From positions 1 through 29,485 of the forward strand of contig CAXHAT010000088.1 of NCBI GenBank assembly GCA_964014485.1: a DNA stretch of 29,485 bases, given 5' to 3'. The number at the start of each line of letters is the position of its first letter. Positions within the stretch are counted from its first letter, which is position 1. The translations under genes and the position numbers were made by a program. Below the pieces are notes generated by a model. That model was not told the DNA's origin. It saw nothing but the letters and a program-made list of their open reading frames with translations, and did no database searches. Below are positions 17,023 to 26,813 of the stretch, in pieces. Origin of the DNA: an uncultured Deferribacteres bacterium (GTDB lineage Bacteria > Zhuqueibacterota > Zhuqueibacteria > Zhuqueibacterales > Geothermadaptataceae).

Positions 17023-17952
17023 TCAGATTGTGAGAGTGACGCCCTCCCGCCCTGCGGTAGTACGCTCGAATTTTGATTGTGCCAAGGCTTCCATTTGATC
17101 CAATCGGTCATCATTATGTGTGGGGTCGTGATGAAAAAGGATCAGCCGCTCGACATTTGCTTTTTCCGCGACTTCGCAAGCCATATCTACAGTGCTGTGA
17201 CCAAAGCCTTGTTTCGGGGTCGTCGGATCGGTATATTCGCCGCGTTCATATTGTGCGTCATGGATGAGAATGTCCGCGTCTTTGGCAAAATTGATCAGCC
17301 GCGAATCGCCTCCGGTGTAGCCTTCAATATCAGTGGCATAGACGATCTTTTTGCCGTTCATGGCCACTTTGAAAATGAAGACGCCGTCCTTGGGATGTGC
17401 GTAGCTTTTTAATGCGGTAACGACAAGGTCGGTATTCGAAACAGTGTCCGGTCTGACGGCTCCGTTTCTTTGATGCAGAGGAGCCTCTCCGGACTGATGA
17501 AACACCAATCTGTCGGTTTCGGCCATATTAGCAATGATTTTTTCGGAGCTCATTTCTTCCAAGCGAACAGGACAATACTTGGGCTGCATGATGTCTGAAA
17601 GACTTGTTTCCAGGTTTTCACCTAGAAGTTGCGGGCCGAAAATGTGCAATGTGCAAAAGCTGTGGTAGGCGGGCTTAAAGAATGGAAGCCCCTGAATATG
17701 ATCATGATGGGTGTGGGTAAGCAGCACGGTAACATGCAATTTTTCGCCTCGAGCCAACTTTCCGTTAAAGCTTTTTAGAAGATGATCGCCTAACGGAATA
17801 ACGCCAGTGCCTGCATCAAGGATAACAAGATGCTTGTCATTCCTGATTTCTATGCAGGCGGTATTGCCGCCGTACTTTGTGGTCCCGGCGCCGGGCACTG
17901 GGTAGCTGCCGCGAACTCCCCAAAATTTAATGCTTAAATCGTGCTGTGACAT
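17023..17952 (-). CDS. MBL-fold metallo-hydrolase (PhnP/phosphodiesterase-like)
   Basis: ATG 17952 with GAGGA SD; FWGVRGS, YGGNTAC, LDAGTG, THTHHDHIQGLPFF, HDAQY, GHS, FHHDP. Confidence 0.92.
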   Translation of the reverse strand: MSQHDLSIKFWGVRGSYPVPGAGTTKYGGNTACIEIRNDKHLVILDAGTGVIPLGDHLLKSFNGKLARGEKLHVTVLLTHTHHDHIQGLPFFKPAYHSFCTLHIFGPQLLGENLETSLSDIMQPKYCPVRLEEMSSEKIIANMAETDRLVFHQSGEAPLHQRNGAVRPDTVSNTDLVVTALKSYAHPKDGVFIFKVAMNGKKIVYATDIEGYTGGDSRLINFAKDADILIHDAQYERGEYTDPTTPKQGFGHSTVDMACEVAEKANVERLILFHHDPTHNDDRLDQMEALAQSKFERTTAGREGVTLTI

Positions 17953-18373
17953 ATAATCCTCAAAAACATTCACACGCTCATGCAATCTGGTGCATGATTG
18001 GGGCCGGCGTGTTGAGCTTGTCCTGCTCAAATCTAGGTAATATTTTTACAAATAAGTAGGAATAAATTGAAAAAATCGCGGAACGTCGTCCCTTGCTGAA
18101 CTTTAGCCAACTGTCTGGCGAAGCGTTTTGCAGCCTGTCCATTAAAATGCTGATCATTCCGTAATGCTGAAGATTACAGCAAAGCTGGCTTGTTTGCAGA
18201 TTAATTTTTCTTCATTATTTTTGGTTTGGCACACTATCGCTTTATTTGTCGCAGCCCCTATCGAATTTGAGATGCTCGAAGCCTTGTTTTTTGAAATCCC
18301 GAAAAAATTCGATGCGTCGGAATTTGGCGAAAAATATTGTTTCTGTGAGTGTATTTCAGGCGGGGTTCACGAT

Positions 18374-18634
18374 CTATTTCATGTAAATTGAATACTTCTG
18401 AAAAAAATGCGCGTCCATGTTTTCCGACCGCAATTGGCGCACAGAGACGATTCTTTTCTCTTGCAGGTTAATATGAATTCGAAATTCGTTTCCAGCTACG
18501 GTCTCGACAAAAATAACATTGTTGTTAGGTGTAAACATTTCTACAACAAGCTTTTTTTGATCGAGGGCAAAATCTTCAGCAACGCGCGCAATATCATCCC
18601 TGAAAAGAGCGAAACGCGGATGAAGAAATGTCAT
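18374..18634 (-). CDS. Small hypothetical protein (86 aa)
   Basis: GAGGA SD upstream of the ATG; protein-like composition; fills an intergenic gap; no family recognised. Confidence 0.6.
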   Translation of the reverse strand: MTFLHPRFALFRDDIARVAEDFALDQKKLVVEMFTPNNNVIFVETVAGNEFRIHINLQEKRIVSVRQLRSENMDAHFFQKYSIYMK

Positions 18635-18752
18635 TTGTTCCTCAAAGTTTCTTTTATGACTTATCTCGGCAAAGAACTAATTCAAAGAAAATAATAGTTT
18701 GCGTCTTTTCTCTACGCAAGCAAATCGAACCCAAATCGCCAGGACAGCTTTA

Positions 18753-19406
18753 ATGCAGACACATGTTGACTCCGAACAATTATTGAGTTATGAAAAAGAG
18801 CTTTGGCAAAAGCACGAGTATATCGCGGGCGTTGACGAAGTTGGCAGAGGCCCGATAGCCGGCCCCGTTGCCGCCGCCGCTGTAATTTTGAAAAAAAACT
18901 CCCACGGCACCGCAACCGTCCGAATCGACGACTCCAAAAAATTAACGAAAAAACAACGCGAAGAAGCATACAAATGGATCACCCAAAACGCACTGTCTTA
19001 CGCCGTTGGCATAATACGAGCCGACGAAATCGATCGGGTCAACATACTGGAAGCAACAACATTGGCAATGAAAAAAGCAATATTGGAGTTGACTCCGCAG
19101 CCTGAGCATTTGCTCATAGATGGACGCGCAGTCAAAGGCATGCCCTATTCTCAGACTAATATTGTAGGCGGCGACGGCAAATCGCTAAGCATTGCAGCCG
19201 CTTCTATCATCGCGAAAGTCGTCCGCGACAAAATCATGGAAGACTATGCCCTGAAGTATTCAGTGTATGATTTTCATAAAAACAAAGGCTACGGCACCGC
19301 AAAACATGTCGATGCAATCGTTGAGCACGGCTTCAGCCCGATCCATCGACGCAGCTTTCGATTGAAAAAACTTGAAGCGCGCGGCTTTTATCATGAAGCG
19401 TCATAA
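18753..19406 (+). CDS. rnhB: Ribonuclease HII
   Basis: AGVDEVGRGPIAGPV, DSKKL, NILEAT, LLIDG, SIAAASIIAKVVRD, NKGYGT, HRRSF; ATG 18753 with AGGA SD. Confidence 0.97.
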   Translation: MQTHVDSEQLLSYEKELWQKHEYIAGVDEVGRGPIAGPVAAAAVILKKNSHGTATVRIDDSKKLTKKQREEAYKWITQNALSYAVGIIRADEIDRVNILEATTLAMKKAILELTPQPEHLLIDGRAVKGMPYSQTNIVGGDGKSLSIAAASIIAKVVRDKIMEDYALKYSVYDFHKNKGYGTAKHVDAIVEHGFSPIHRRSFRLKKLEARGFYHEAS

Positions 19407-19761
19407 CAAGGCGCTTGGCGCATGGGGCGAAGAAAAAGCGGCGGAGTATCTTCAGCGGCAAGGATATGCCGTTTGTGCTCGCAACTTCCGCTGGGCGCGC
19501 GGCGAATTGGACATCATTGCCGAACGCGGCGAGCTGCTCGTTTTTGTGGAAGTCAAAACCGCAGGCTCAGAACGTATGGGCCCGCCTGAAACGTGGGTCA
19601 CCAGGCAAAAACAGGCGCAAATCGGGCAAGTTGCGTTGCGATACCTTCAAACCAATGAAATCGAAAACCGCGATTGCCGCTTCGACGTCATTGGAGTTAT
19701 CAAAAGTGACGACAGTTTTAAAATTACGCATATAGAAAACGCCTTTTGGTTAGAGCAGTAA
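19393..19761 (+). CDS. yraN: YraN/UPF0102 family endonuclease-like protein
   Basis: GAWGEEKAAEYL, GELDIIA, FVEVK, RFDVI, HIENAF; usual position next to rnhB. Confidence 0.94.
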   Translation: MKRHNKALGAWGEEKAAEYLQRQGYAVCARNFRWARGELDIIAERGELLVFVEVKTAGSERMGPPETWVTRQKQAQIGQVALRYLQTNEIENRDCRFDVIGVIKSDDSFKITHIENAFWLEQ

Positions 19762-19773
19762 AAAGGTTAAAGA

Positions 19774-20775
19774 ATGAAAACACTGATTATCAATCATGAC
19801 GAAATTAAATCTTTGTTACCGATGGCCAAATGCATCGAGCTGATGGCGGAGACCCTTACGGCTTATTCCGCCGGCAAGGTTGTGTTGCCCTTGCGCCCGA
19901 TCATGCCGCTCCCGGATGGTAAATCGCTGTTGGCGATGATGCCGGCATTTCACCAGCCGAATGAAGCGCTTGGGATTAAAGTCTTGAGCTTGTTCCCTAA
20001 AAACCATGGCACAAATTTCGACGCCCATCAAGGCGCGGTGCTGCTTTTTAGCGCTGATAACGGCTTCTTGCAAGCGGTTATGGACGCTGCGCAGATCACA
20101 GCGATTCGCACAGCAGCGGCCAGCGGTGCGGCAACGCAAGTTCTCTCACGGCAGAACGCTAAAACGCTCGCCATCTTCGGCAGCGGCGTGCAGGCGGAGA
20201 CGCATTTGGAAGCGATGACAACGGTTCGGGAAATTGAGCGCGTCAAAATTTGGAGCCGAACGACTGCAAATGCTAAAGCTTTTGCAAACTTGTCGCGCGA
20301 AAAATACTCCTGCGAATTCATAGTTTGCAAAACAGGCGAAGAAGCCGCGCTTGAATCGGATATTATTTGTACAACAACCGCAGCTACGGAGCCAGTTCTT
20401 CGCGGAGATTGGATTGCGCCCGGGACGCACGTAAATGCGATCGGCGCATCACAACCGCGGTACCGAGAGTTGGACGCTGGTGCGGTTGCCAAGAGTAAGC
20501 TTTATGTAGACAGCCGCCTGAGCGCTGAAAACGAAGCGGGCGAATACCTCCTGCCTTTGCAATCCGGCGAAATTGACAAAAACCACCTTCTCGGCGAAGT
20601 TGGTGAAATCCTGCTCGAAAGAATCCAGGGTCGGACTTCAGAGTCTGAAATCACGCTTTTTAAATCTTTGGGGATAGCCGCCGAAGACGTAGTTTCCGCG
20701 CAGCATATTTACCGCGAAGCGATGCGGCAAAACATCGGTCAAAAAGTGTACATCGGCGGCGTGAAAAATCGCTGA
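19774..20775 (+). CDS. Ornithine cyclodeaminase / mu-crystallin family protein
   Basis: ITAIRTAAAS, IFGSGVQAETH, GTHVNAIG, RELD, ITLFKSLGIAAED. Confidence 0.93.
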   Translation: MKTLIINHDEIKSLLPMAKCIELMAETLTAYSAGKVVLPLRPIMPLPDGKSLLAMMPAFHQPNEALGIKVLSLFPKNHGTNFDAHQGAVLLFSADNGFLQAVMDAAQITAIRTAAASGAATQVLSRQNAKTLAIFGSGVQAETHLEAMTTVREIERVKIWSRTTANAKAFANLSREKYSCEFIVCKTGEEAALESDIICTTTAATEPVLRGDWIAPGTHVNAIGASQPRYRELDAGAVAKSKLYVDSRLSAENEAGEYLLPLQSGEIDKNHLLGEVGEILLERIQGRTSESEITLFKSLGIAAEDVVSAQHIYREAMRQNIGQKVYIGGVKNR

Positions 20776-20865
20776 CGGGAACCGCAAGCTCATCAGCGGC
20801 GTGCAAAGTTCATTTTTGAAACGCAACCTATTCACAAAAGAGAGATGATCGTGATTCAGAAAAAC

Positions 20866-21849
20866 ATGAACTCTAAAATCTTAAGCGCATTACTCATGAT
20901 TTCTTTCCTGTTCGCATGCTCAGATAACGCTCCGCAAGTAGTTGAAGAGTGTGACAGTGCAGGCACGGAAATTACCTGGCGCAAAGCCGGGCCGATTATC
21001 AGCCAAGCAAGCGTTTTAGGCATGGATATTTCAAACGACGGACATATTTACGTCGGATTGAACGGACAGGCCGGCGGCGTTTTTCGCTCCGTAGATAACG
21101 GCGCTAACTGGGAAAAGCTTTTAGCATTCCCGAGTTTTGATTTCGGAGAATGCGTCATTCATATCAATACCAAAGGAGAAATCTATGCAACAAATTCTTT
21201 TGACGGCGTCTACCGCTCTCTGGACGGCGGCGAAACGTGGAAGCTTGCTGGGAACGGAATTGCCAATCAAATCGTGTTAAATATGATCTCGCTCCCGAAC
21301 AGTTCAACGATATTAGCAGGCACCGGAATTTCGGGCCTGTACAAAACGGAAAATCAAGGAGATTCGTGGGAGGCTTTCGGCAGCGGCCTCACCTCCGTTA
21401 CTGCGGTTGCCGCGCTTGCGCGGGCTGAAAGCGGCAAGCTTTACGTAGGCACTGAACGCGGAATGTTCATTTCTGAAGACGATGGTCAGAATTGGCTTCC
21501 TATTCCTTCGCCCAATTTTGTTGTAGGCGTTATCGCCCTACATTCAAACGGCGACGTCTTTGCCGGAACGCAAGCCGGGCTTTTTTTTACCTCAGACGAC
21601 GGTCAGAATTGGAAAGAAATCAACGAAGGCTTGGACGACTTGTTTATCACCAATATAATTGTTGATTCGAAAGGCGATCTCGTGATCAGCACATCACTGG
21701 CGGGAATCTACAAGTCAATTAATAATGGCGAATGTTGGTTTACATCAAACAGCGGAATTGGCAACAATTTTGTCGCCATTATGCAGCGAAAAAGCAACGA
21801 TGAATTCTTTCTCGGAACATTGGGGCAGGGCGTTTTTGTCAGCAATTGA
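20866..21849 (+). CDS. Lipoprotein with BNR/Asp-box beta-propeller repeats
   Basis: Lipobox LFAC; repeated SxDxGxxW boxes (SVDNGANW, SLDGGETW, SEDDGQNW, SDDGQNW, SINNGECW). Start could be 20845. Confidence 0.85.
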   Translation: MNSKILSALLMISFLFACSDNAPQVVEECDSAGTEITWRKAGPIISQASVLGMDISNDGHIYVGLNGQAGGVFRSVDNGANWEKLLAFPSFDFGECVIHINTKGEIYATNSFDGVYRSLDGGETWKLAGNGIANQIVLNMISLPNSSTILAGTGISGLYKTENQGDSWEAFGSGLTSVTAVAALARAESGKLYVGTERGMFISEDDGQNWLPIPSPNFVVGVIALHSNGDVFAGTQAGLFFTSDDGQNWKEINEGLDDLFITNIIVDSKGDLVISTSLAGIYKSINNGECWFTSNSGIGNNFVAIMQRKSNDEFFLGTLGQGVFVSN

Positions 21850-21942
21850 GTTCGTCGAAATTATATTTGAATTATCTGTAATTTTTAAAGATTGTGCGGT
21901 GAACACAAAACCAAAACTTCACCAATCCGAAAGGGCTAAAGC

Positions 21943-23193
21943 ATGGAAAAACAGTCTCGCGGCGTTATTGCATTCCTGTTCGAAAATTCTCTGTTTCTGA
22001 TTATTGGCGCAGTTGCCGGACTGGTTTGGGCGAATCTTGATCATATTCTGGGCAGCCACGGCTACCACGCTTTTCTGCACGCTGAACTTTTCGTCAACGA
22101 CTTCATCGGCACGCCAAAAGTTATCGACGGCGTTGCGACGCGCGTGATTGACGTTCACTTTCTTGTTAGCGATATTTTGATGGCGTTTTTCTTTGCCATT
22201 GCCGGCAAAGAAATTTGGGAAGCGACCTTGCCCGGCGGGCCTTTGAACAACCCTCGCAAAGCCGCAACGCCGATCGTCGCCGCTATCGGCGGCATGGCCG
22301 GTCCGGCTTTGATTTATCTCTGGGGCACAAGCTTGATCGGCAGGTTCGACGAATTAAGCAACGGCTGGGCGATTCCATGCGCCACCGACATCGCCTTCAG
22401 TTACATGATTGCCAGAATTATTTTTGGCAGCGGCCATCCGGCCATTCCTTTCCTCCTTCTTCTCGCCATTGCAGACGACGCGATGGGTTTACTCATCCTC
22501 GCTATTTTCTATCCGCAGGGCGAAATTCAAATCATGTGGATGCTGCTTCCGGTTCTCGGAATCGTCGTTGGTTTGATCATGAGAAAATACCGTTTCGAAA
22601 GTTTTTGGTGGTATATTCTCATTCCCGGAACACTCTCCTGGATCGGCTTTGCGATGACGGGGGTTCACCCGGCGCTTGGCTTGCTGCCGATTATCCCTAC
22701 CTTGCCCCACGCCCACGTGGACAAAGGACTTTTTAACTGGGAAGAATTACAAGCGACGGATACGCTTAACAAATTCGAGCATTGGTGGAAAAATCCGGTT
22801 GAAATTATTCTCATGCTCTTCGGACTTCTTAATGCAGGGGTTGTGTTTAGTGCAATCGGTTCGCCAACCTATCTCGTTCTTGTCGGCCTGCTTGTCGGCA
22901 AACCAATCGGGATTTGGCTGTTCGGCATGTTCACGGCCAAGGTCATGAAATTTGGCATGCCGGAGGGTATCAACTCAAAAGATTTGGTCGTCATCGGATT
23001 TGCCGCCGGCATCGGGTTTACTGTCGCATTGTTTGTGGCCACTGTTGCTTTCCCGGCTGGAGACATTCAAGATGCGGCGAAAATGGGCGCGCTGGCCTCT
23101 TTTCTCGCGGCTGGCTTGACCTTTCTCTCAGCCAAGATTTTGAAAGTGCAAAAGGTCGAAGCTTCACCTGAAACTGCAGCCGCTCACCACTAA
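21943..23193 (+). CDS. nhaA: Na+/H+ antiporter NhaA
   Basis: LMAFFFAIAGKE, AAIGGM, GWAIPCATDIAF, LAIADD, GKPIGI, AGIGFTVALF. Confidence 0.93.
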   Translation: MEKQSRGVIAFLFENSLFLIIGAVAGLVWANLDHILGSHGYHAFLHAELFVNDFIGTPKVIDGVATRVIDVHFLVSDILMAFFFAIAGKEIWEATLPGGPLNNPRKAATPIVAAIGGMAGPALIYLWGTSLIGRFDELSNGWAIPCATDIAFSYMIARIIFGSGHPAIPFLLLLAIADDAMGLLILAIFYPQGEIQIMWMLLPVLGIVVGLIMRKYRFESFWWYILIPGTLSWIGFAMTGVHPALGLLPIIPTLPHAHVDKGLFNWEELQATDTLNKFEHWWKNPVEIILMLFGLLNAGVVFSAIGSPTYLVLVGLLVGKPIGIWLFGMFTAKVMKFGMPEGINSKDLVVIGFAAGIGFTVALFVATVAFPAGDIQDAAKMGALASFLAAGLTFLSAKILKVQKVEASPETAAAHH

Positions 23194-23236
23194 AATACAT
23201 ATCAATATTCAGAAAATATCTATAACAGGTTTTAAC

Positions 23237-23274
23237 AAAAAAGCAAGGGCGCATTTGCCCTTGCTTTTTTTTTT
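23237..23274. terminator. Bidirectional intrinsic terminator after nhaA
   Basis: A6-GCAAGGGC-gcattt-GCCCTTGC-T10. Confidence 0.9.
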
Positions 23275-23363
23275 GGCATTATTCCTTTTGCGTTTCGCTC
23301 AACACGTCTATATTTAAACGTTTAGATGATACAACGAATCGATCATTACTTGTGAGCAAAAAA

Positions 23364-24725
23364 ATGAGCGATCAAAAAGACACACCGAAAAGAAAACATA
23401 GCATCCCTCGCCGCCATTTCTTGCGCTCAACCGCTGCAGTCGGCGCAGGTTTGGCCGTTTCTCCGATGATTGTGAAAGCGGAGAACCTGGGTTCAAACGA
23501 CCTCAATATTGGCATCATCGGCGTTGGTGCGCAGGGTCAGGTTTTGATGAACGCCTGCCTTAAAATTAAAAACGTCAAGTTTCGCGCAGTGTGTGATATT
23601 TGGGAAGATTGGCATCTCAAGCGCGCCTATCGCTTGCTCAAAAAATATCGTCACGATGTGACCGCGTACGTTGATTACCAGGAAATGCTGGCAAATGCAA
23701 AAGACCTCGACGGCGTCATCGTCGCAACGCCTGATTTTTGGCACGCGCCTCACGCTGAAGCATGTTTCAACGCCGACTTAAATGTTTATTGCGAGAAGGA
23801 AATGTCGAACACGCTTGAAGGCGTAAAACGTATCGTGCGCGCAGCAAAAAAGAGCGGAAAACTTTTGCAAATCGGGCATCAACGCCGAAGCAACCCTTGG
23901 TATATTCACAGCTATAACAAAATCATCAAGGAAGCGAAAGCCCTCGGTCGAATCACGACGATCAACGGCCAATGGAACCGCGGCGTCCAGCCGGACAACG
24001 GCTGGCCTGAAAAATATGCGGTTCCGACGTCTACGCTCAAAAAATACGGCTTTTCATCGATGCATGAGTTTCGCAACTGGCGCTGGTATAAGGGCAAGGG
24101 CGGCGGCCCAATCGTCGATTTGGGCTCGCACCAGCTCGATATTTATAATTGGTTTTTGCAGGCCCCGCCTAAATCCGTCATGGCGAGCGGTGGAACGGAT
24201 TATTATGACGAGAAAACGCATCAATGGTACGATACGGTTCTGGCAACCTTCGAATATGATACGCCGGACGGCACGACGAGAGCTTTTTACCAAACGATCA
24301 CGACAAACAGCAACCAGGGCTACTACGAAACATTCATGGGCGACGAAGGCGCTTTGGTCATTTCCGAATCAGCCACGCGCAACGGCGTTTATCGCGAACA
24401 ATCGGCGCCGCTTTGGGATCAGTGGGTTAAAAAAGGCTTTGTCAGAGCGCCTGAGGAAGAAGAGCAGACAGCAGCGGCGACGGCAGTGTTGGATGTACGC
24501 GAAACGCTTGCTCCCCCAAAATTTGAATTGCCGATTGAATTTAACGATCCATACCACAAGCCGCACCTGGAGAACTTCTTCGACGCAATCCGAGGCAATG
24601 CCGAGCTCAATTGCCCTGCTGAGGTCGGATACGAAACGGCGGTGACAGTTCTGAAGGTTAACGAAGCTGTTCAAACTGGACGAAAAATTACGTACGACCC
24701 GGACGAATTTCATTTTTCCGACTAA
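23364..24725 (+). CDS. Tat-exported Gfo/Idh/MocA family oxidoreductase
   Basis: PRRHFLR signal; IGIIGVGAQG, VATPDFWH, VYCEK, QIGHQRRS, RNWRWY, DLGSHQLD. Alternative GTG start at 23352. Confidence 0.94.
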   Translation: MSDQKDTPKRKHSIPRRHFLRSTAAVGAGLAVSPMIVKAENLGSNDLNIGIIGVGAQGQVLMNACLKIKNVKFRAVCDIWEDWHLKRAYRLLKKYRHDVTAYVDYQEMLANAKDLDGVIVATPDFWHAPHAEACFNADLNVYCEKEMSNTLEGVKRIVRAAKKSGKLLQIGHQRRSNPWYIHSYNKIIKEAKALGRITTINGQWNRGVQPDNGWPEKYAVPTSTLKKYGFSSMHEFRNWRWYKGKGGGPIVDLGSHQLDIYNWFLQAPPKSVMASGGTDYYDEKTHQWYDTVLATFEYDTPDGTTRAFYQTITTNSNQGYYETFMGDEGALVISESATRNGVYREQSAPLWDQWVKKGFVRAPEEEEQTAAATAVLDVRETLAPPKFELPIEFNDPYHKPHLENFFDAIRGNAELNCPAEVGYETAVTVLKVNEAVQTGRKITYDPDEFHFSD

Positions 24726-24829
24726 CTTTGCACGCGTGGGAACGCGCCGTGCCCGAAAGCGCTTTTTAAGTCTCACCTGAAATCAATACAGACGAAAACG
24801 ATATAAACACGCTTTTTCGAGGGAGGAGA

Positions 24830-26761
24830 ATGCGGAGGAGAACCATCGGATTGTTGACGGCAGTCTTTTCAGGCTGGTTAACCCTCAACCTTCACGCACA
24901 AGACACAACACAAGCCGTTAGCGACAGCACTGTCGCGGCGCCGCAAGACACATTGCCATCAGAGCCGGAAATCGAGTACCTGCTCGGCGACCTCAGCGAC
25001 GGCAGCCGATTTATCCCCGTCCACCGCATTAAACTTTATGACCACGACGGCGGCCAAATTCTCTCAACCGATGAATTTCCTCTGCCATTTTCAACCCGTG
25101 AAACCTGCGGTCAATGTCACAACTACGCCCACATTAGCGACGGCTGGCATTTCAATGCGGCTGATAGCTCGGTCAATCCGGGCAGGCGTGGTCAACCGTG
25201 GTTTTTGACGGATGAAGAGACCGCCACGCAAATACCAATTTCCCACCGCAATTGGCCTGGCGCCTACACACCCGAAGACATTGGCGTGGACGCCATGGAA
25301 TTTGTTCTGCGTTACGGCAGCCACATCCCTGGCGGAGGCGTTGCTGAAAATGATGGCGCCAAGTCGCCCGATAATTTCACGAGATGGTTGGTCTCAGGAA
25401 ATCTGGAAATCAACTGCCTTGCTTGTCATGACGCCAATCGGGCGCAGGACATGGCCGAAAATGCGCAACAAATCAAAAAGGAAAACTTTCGCTGGGCCGC
25501 CGCCGCTTCAGCAGATTTTGTGAAAGTTGAAGGTTCCGCCAAAAGCATGCCCGATAATTACGATATTTACATGGGCTTGCCGCCGGACGTAGGCGATAAC
25601 GTTCCGCCGACGGTTCATTACAACTTCAGCGCTTTCAATGAAAAGAACGAAGTCTTTTTTGACATCATGCGCGCCGTGCCCAATGAAAAATGCCAGTTTT
25701 GCCATTCCACCCATGATACGCAAAAAGAACGGTTTGAGCAGGACGACGACGTGCATCTCGCTTCGGGGATGCTGTGCGTGGATTGTCACACCAACGGTCT
25801 CGACCACATGATGACGCGCGGCTACGAAGGCGAATCCAATGATCTTGAACATCTCACCGCTGAAACGCTCTCCTGCGAAGGCTGCCATCTCGCTTCTGAC
25901 GATCATCAGGAGTCTGGCAGGTTTGGCGCGCCAGAGCCTTTGCACGCAGGCATTCCACCAGTTCATTTTGACGCCATGACTTGCACGGCTTGCCATTCCG
26001 GAATTTTGCCGGACGAACAACCGGCGAGGATCAAGACATCTAGAGCGCACGCATTGGGCACGCACGGCGTCAACAAATCGCCGGAAGTCATGCCATTGCT
26101 TTCATCGCCGGTTTTTGCTCCGGATGAAAACGGCAAGATCGCTCCGCATAAATTGCTCTGGCCTTCCTTCTGGGCAAAAATTGAGGGTGAAGATGTTCGT
26201 CCAATGCATCCTGACGCCGCACGATCAGCAGTGCGAAAAGTCATGGCGAAAGATACTGTGCAGGTGAGAGAACGCGGTCAGTGGTATAGTTTTACGCAAG
26301 ATCAAGTCGCTGAAATCTTAGACTCGCTCGCAGTGCAAGATTCGACAAGTGAAGCAGCCGCTTTTGTCTCCGGCGGTAAACTGCATCGTTTGCAAAACGG
26401 GCGACTAATCAGCGCAGATCACACGGCGGCAGAGCCGTATTATTGGGCGATTGGTCACGACGTTCGCCCGACCGGACAATCTCTCGGCGTGCGTGGCTGT
26501 AATGACTGCCATGCCGTCGGCGCGCCCTTCTATTTCAGTGATGTTGCGAAAGATTCGCCTCTTGCAGGGGCTTCAGGTGAAACGCAGGAAATGACGGATT
26601 TCATGGAAGTCGGCTCCGTGTATTCCGGGCTTTTCGCAGCGTCTTTTTGGCTGCGCCCCGTTTTCAAATGGATCATGATCGTCACACTAGCAATTGTGAC
26701 GCTGCTTGTTTTGCACTATGTCTTGCGCGGCCTCGGCGCATTGGCTGATCGTTCAAGCTGA
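24830..26761 (+). CDS. Membrane-anchored multiheme cytochrome c (7 CxxCH)
   Basis: Sec signal; CGQCH, CLACH, CQFCH, CVDCH, CEGCH, CTACH, CNDCH; C-terminal hydrophobic helix; GGAGG SD. Confidence 0.92.
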   Translation: MRRRTIGLLTAVFSGWLTLNLHAQDTTQAVSDSTVAAPQDTLPSEPEIEYLLGDLSDGSRFIPVHRIKLYDHDGGQILSTDEFPLPFSTRETCGQCHNYAHISDGWHFNAADSSVNPGRRGQPWFLTDEETATQIPISHRNWPGAYTPEDIGVDAMEFVLRYGSHIPGGGVAENDGAKSPDNFTRWLVSGNLEINCLACHDANRAQDMAENAQQIKKENFRWAAAASADFVKVEGSAKSMPDNYDIYMGLPPDVGDNVPPTVHYNFSAFNEKNEVFFDIMRAVPNEKCQFCHSTHDTQKERFEQDDDVHLASGMLCVDCHTNGLDHMMTRGYEGESNDLEHLTAETLSCEGCHLASDDHQESGRFGAPEPLHAGIPPVHFDAMTCTACHSGILPDEQPARIKTSRAHALGTHGVNKSPEVMPLLSSPVFAPDENGKIAPHKLLWPSFWAKIEGEDVRPMHPDAARSAVRKVMAKDTVQVRERGQWYSFTQDQVAEILDSLAVQDSTSEAAAFVSGGKLHRLQNGRLISADHTAAEPYYWAIGHDVRPTGQSLGVRGCNDCHAVGAPFYFSDVAKDSPLAGASGETQEMTDFMEVGSVYSGLFAASFWLRPVFKWIMIVTLAIVTLLVLHYVLRGLGALADRSS

Positions 26762-26813
26762 CTGGCGCCTTCAACCAAACTTCACCAAAAATCTGTAGGA
26801 ATAAATTAAAAGC

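Noticed and set aside
18226..18241. Sigma-54-like TTGGCACACTATCGCT
   Set aside because: GG-to-GC spacing is 9 nt instead of the required 10, and there is no clear downstream gene on that strand.
18407..18694. 95-aa plus-strand ORF
   Set aside because: Overlaps the SD-supported minus-strand ORF and lacks its own SD.
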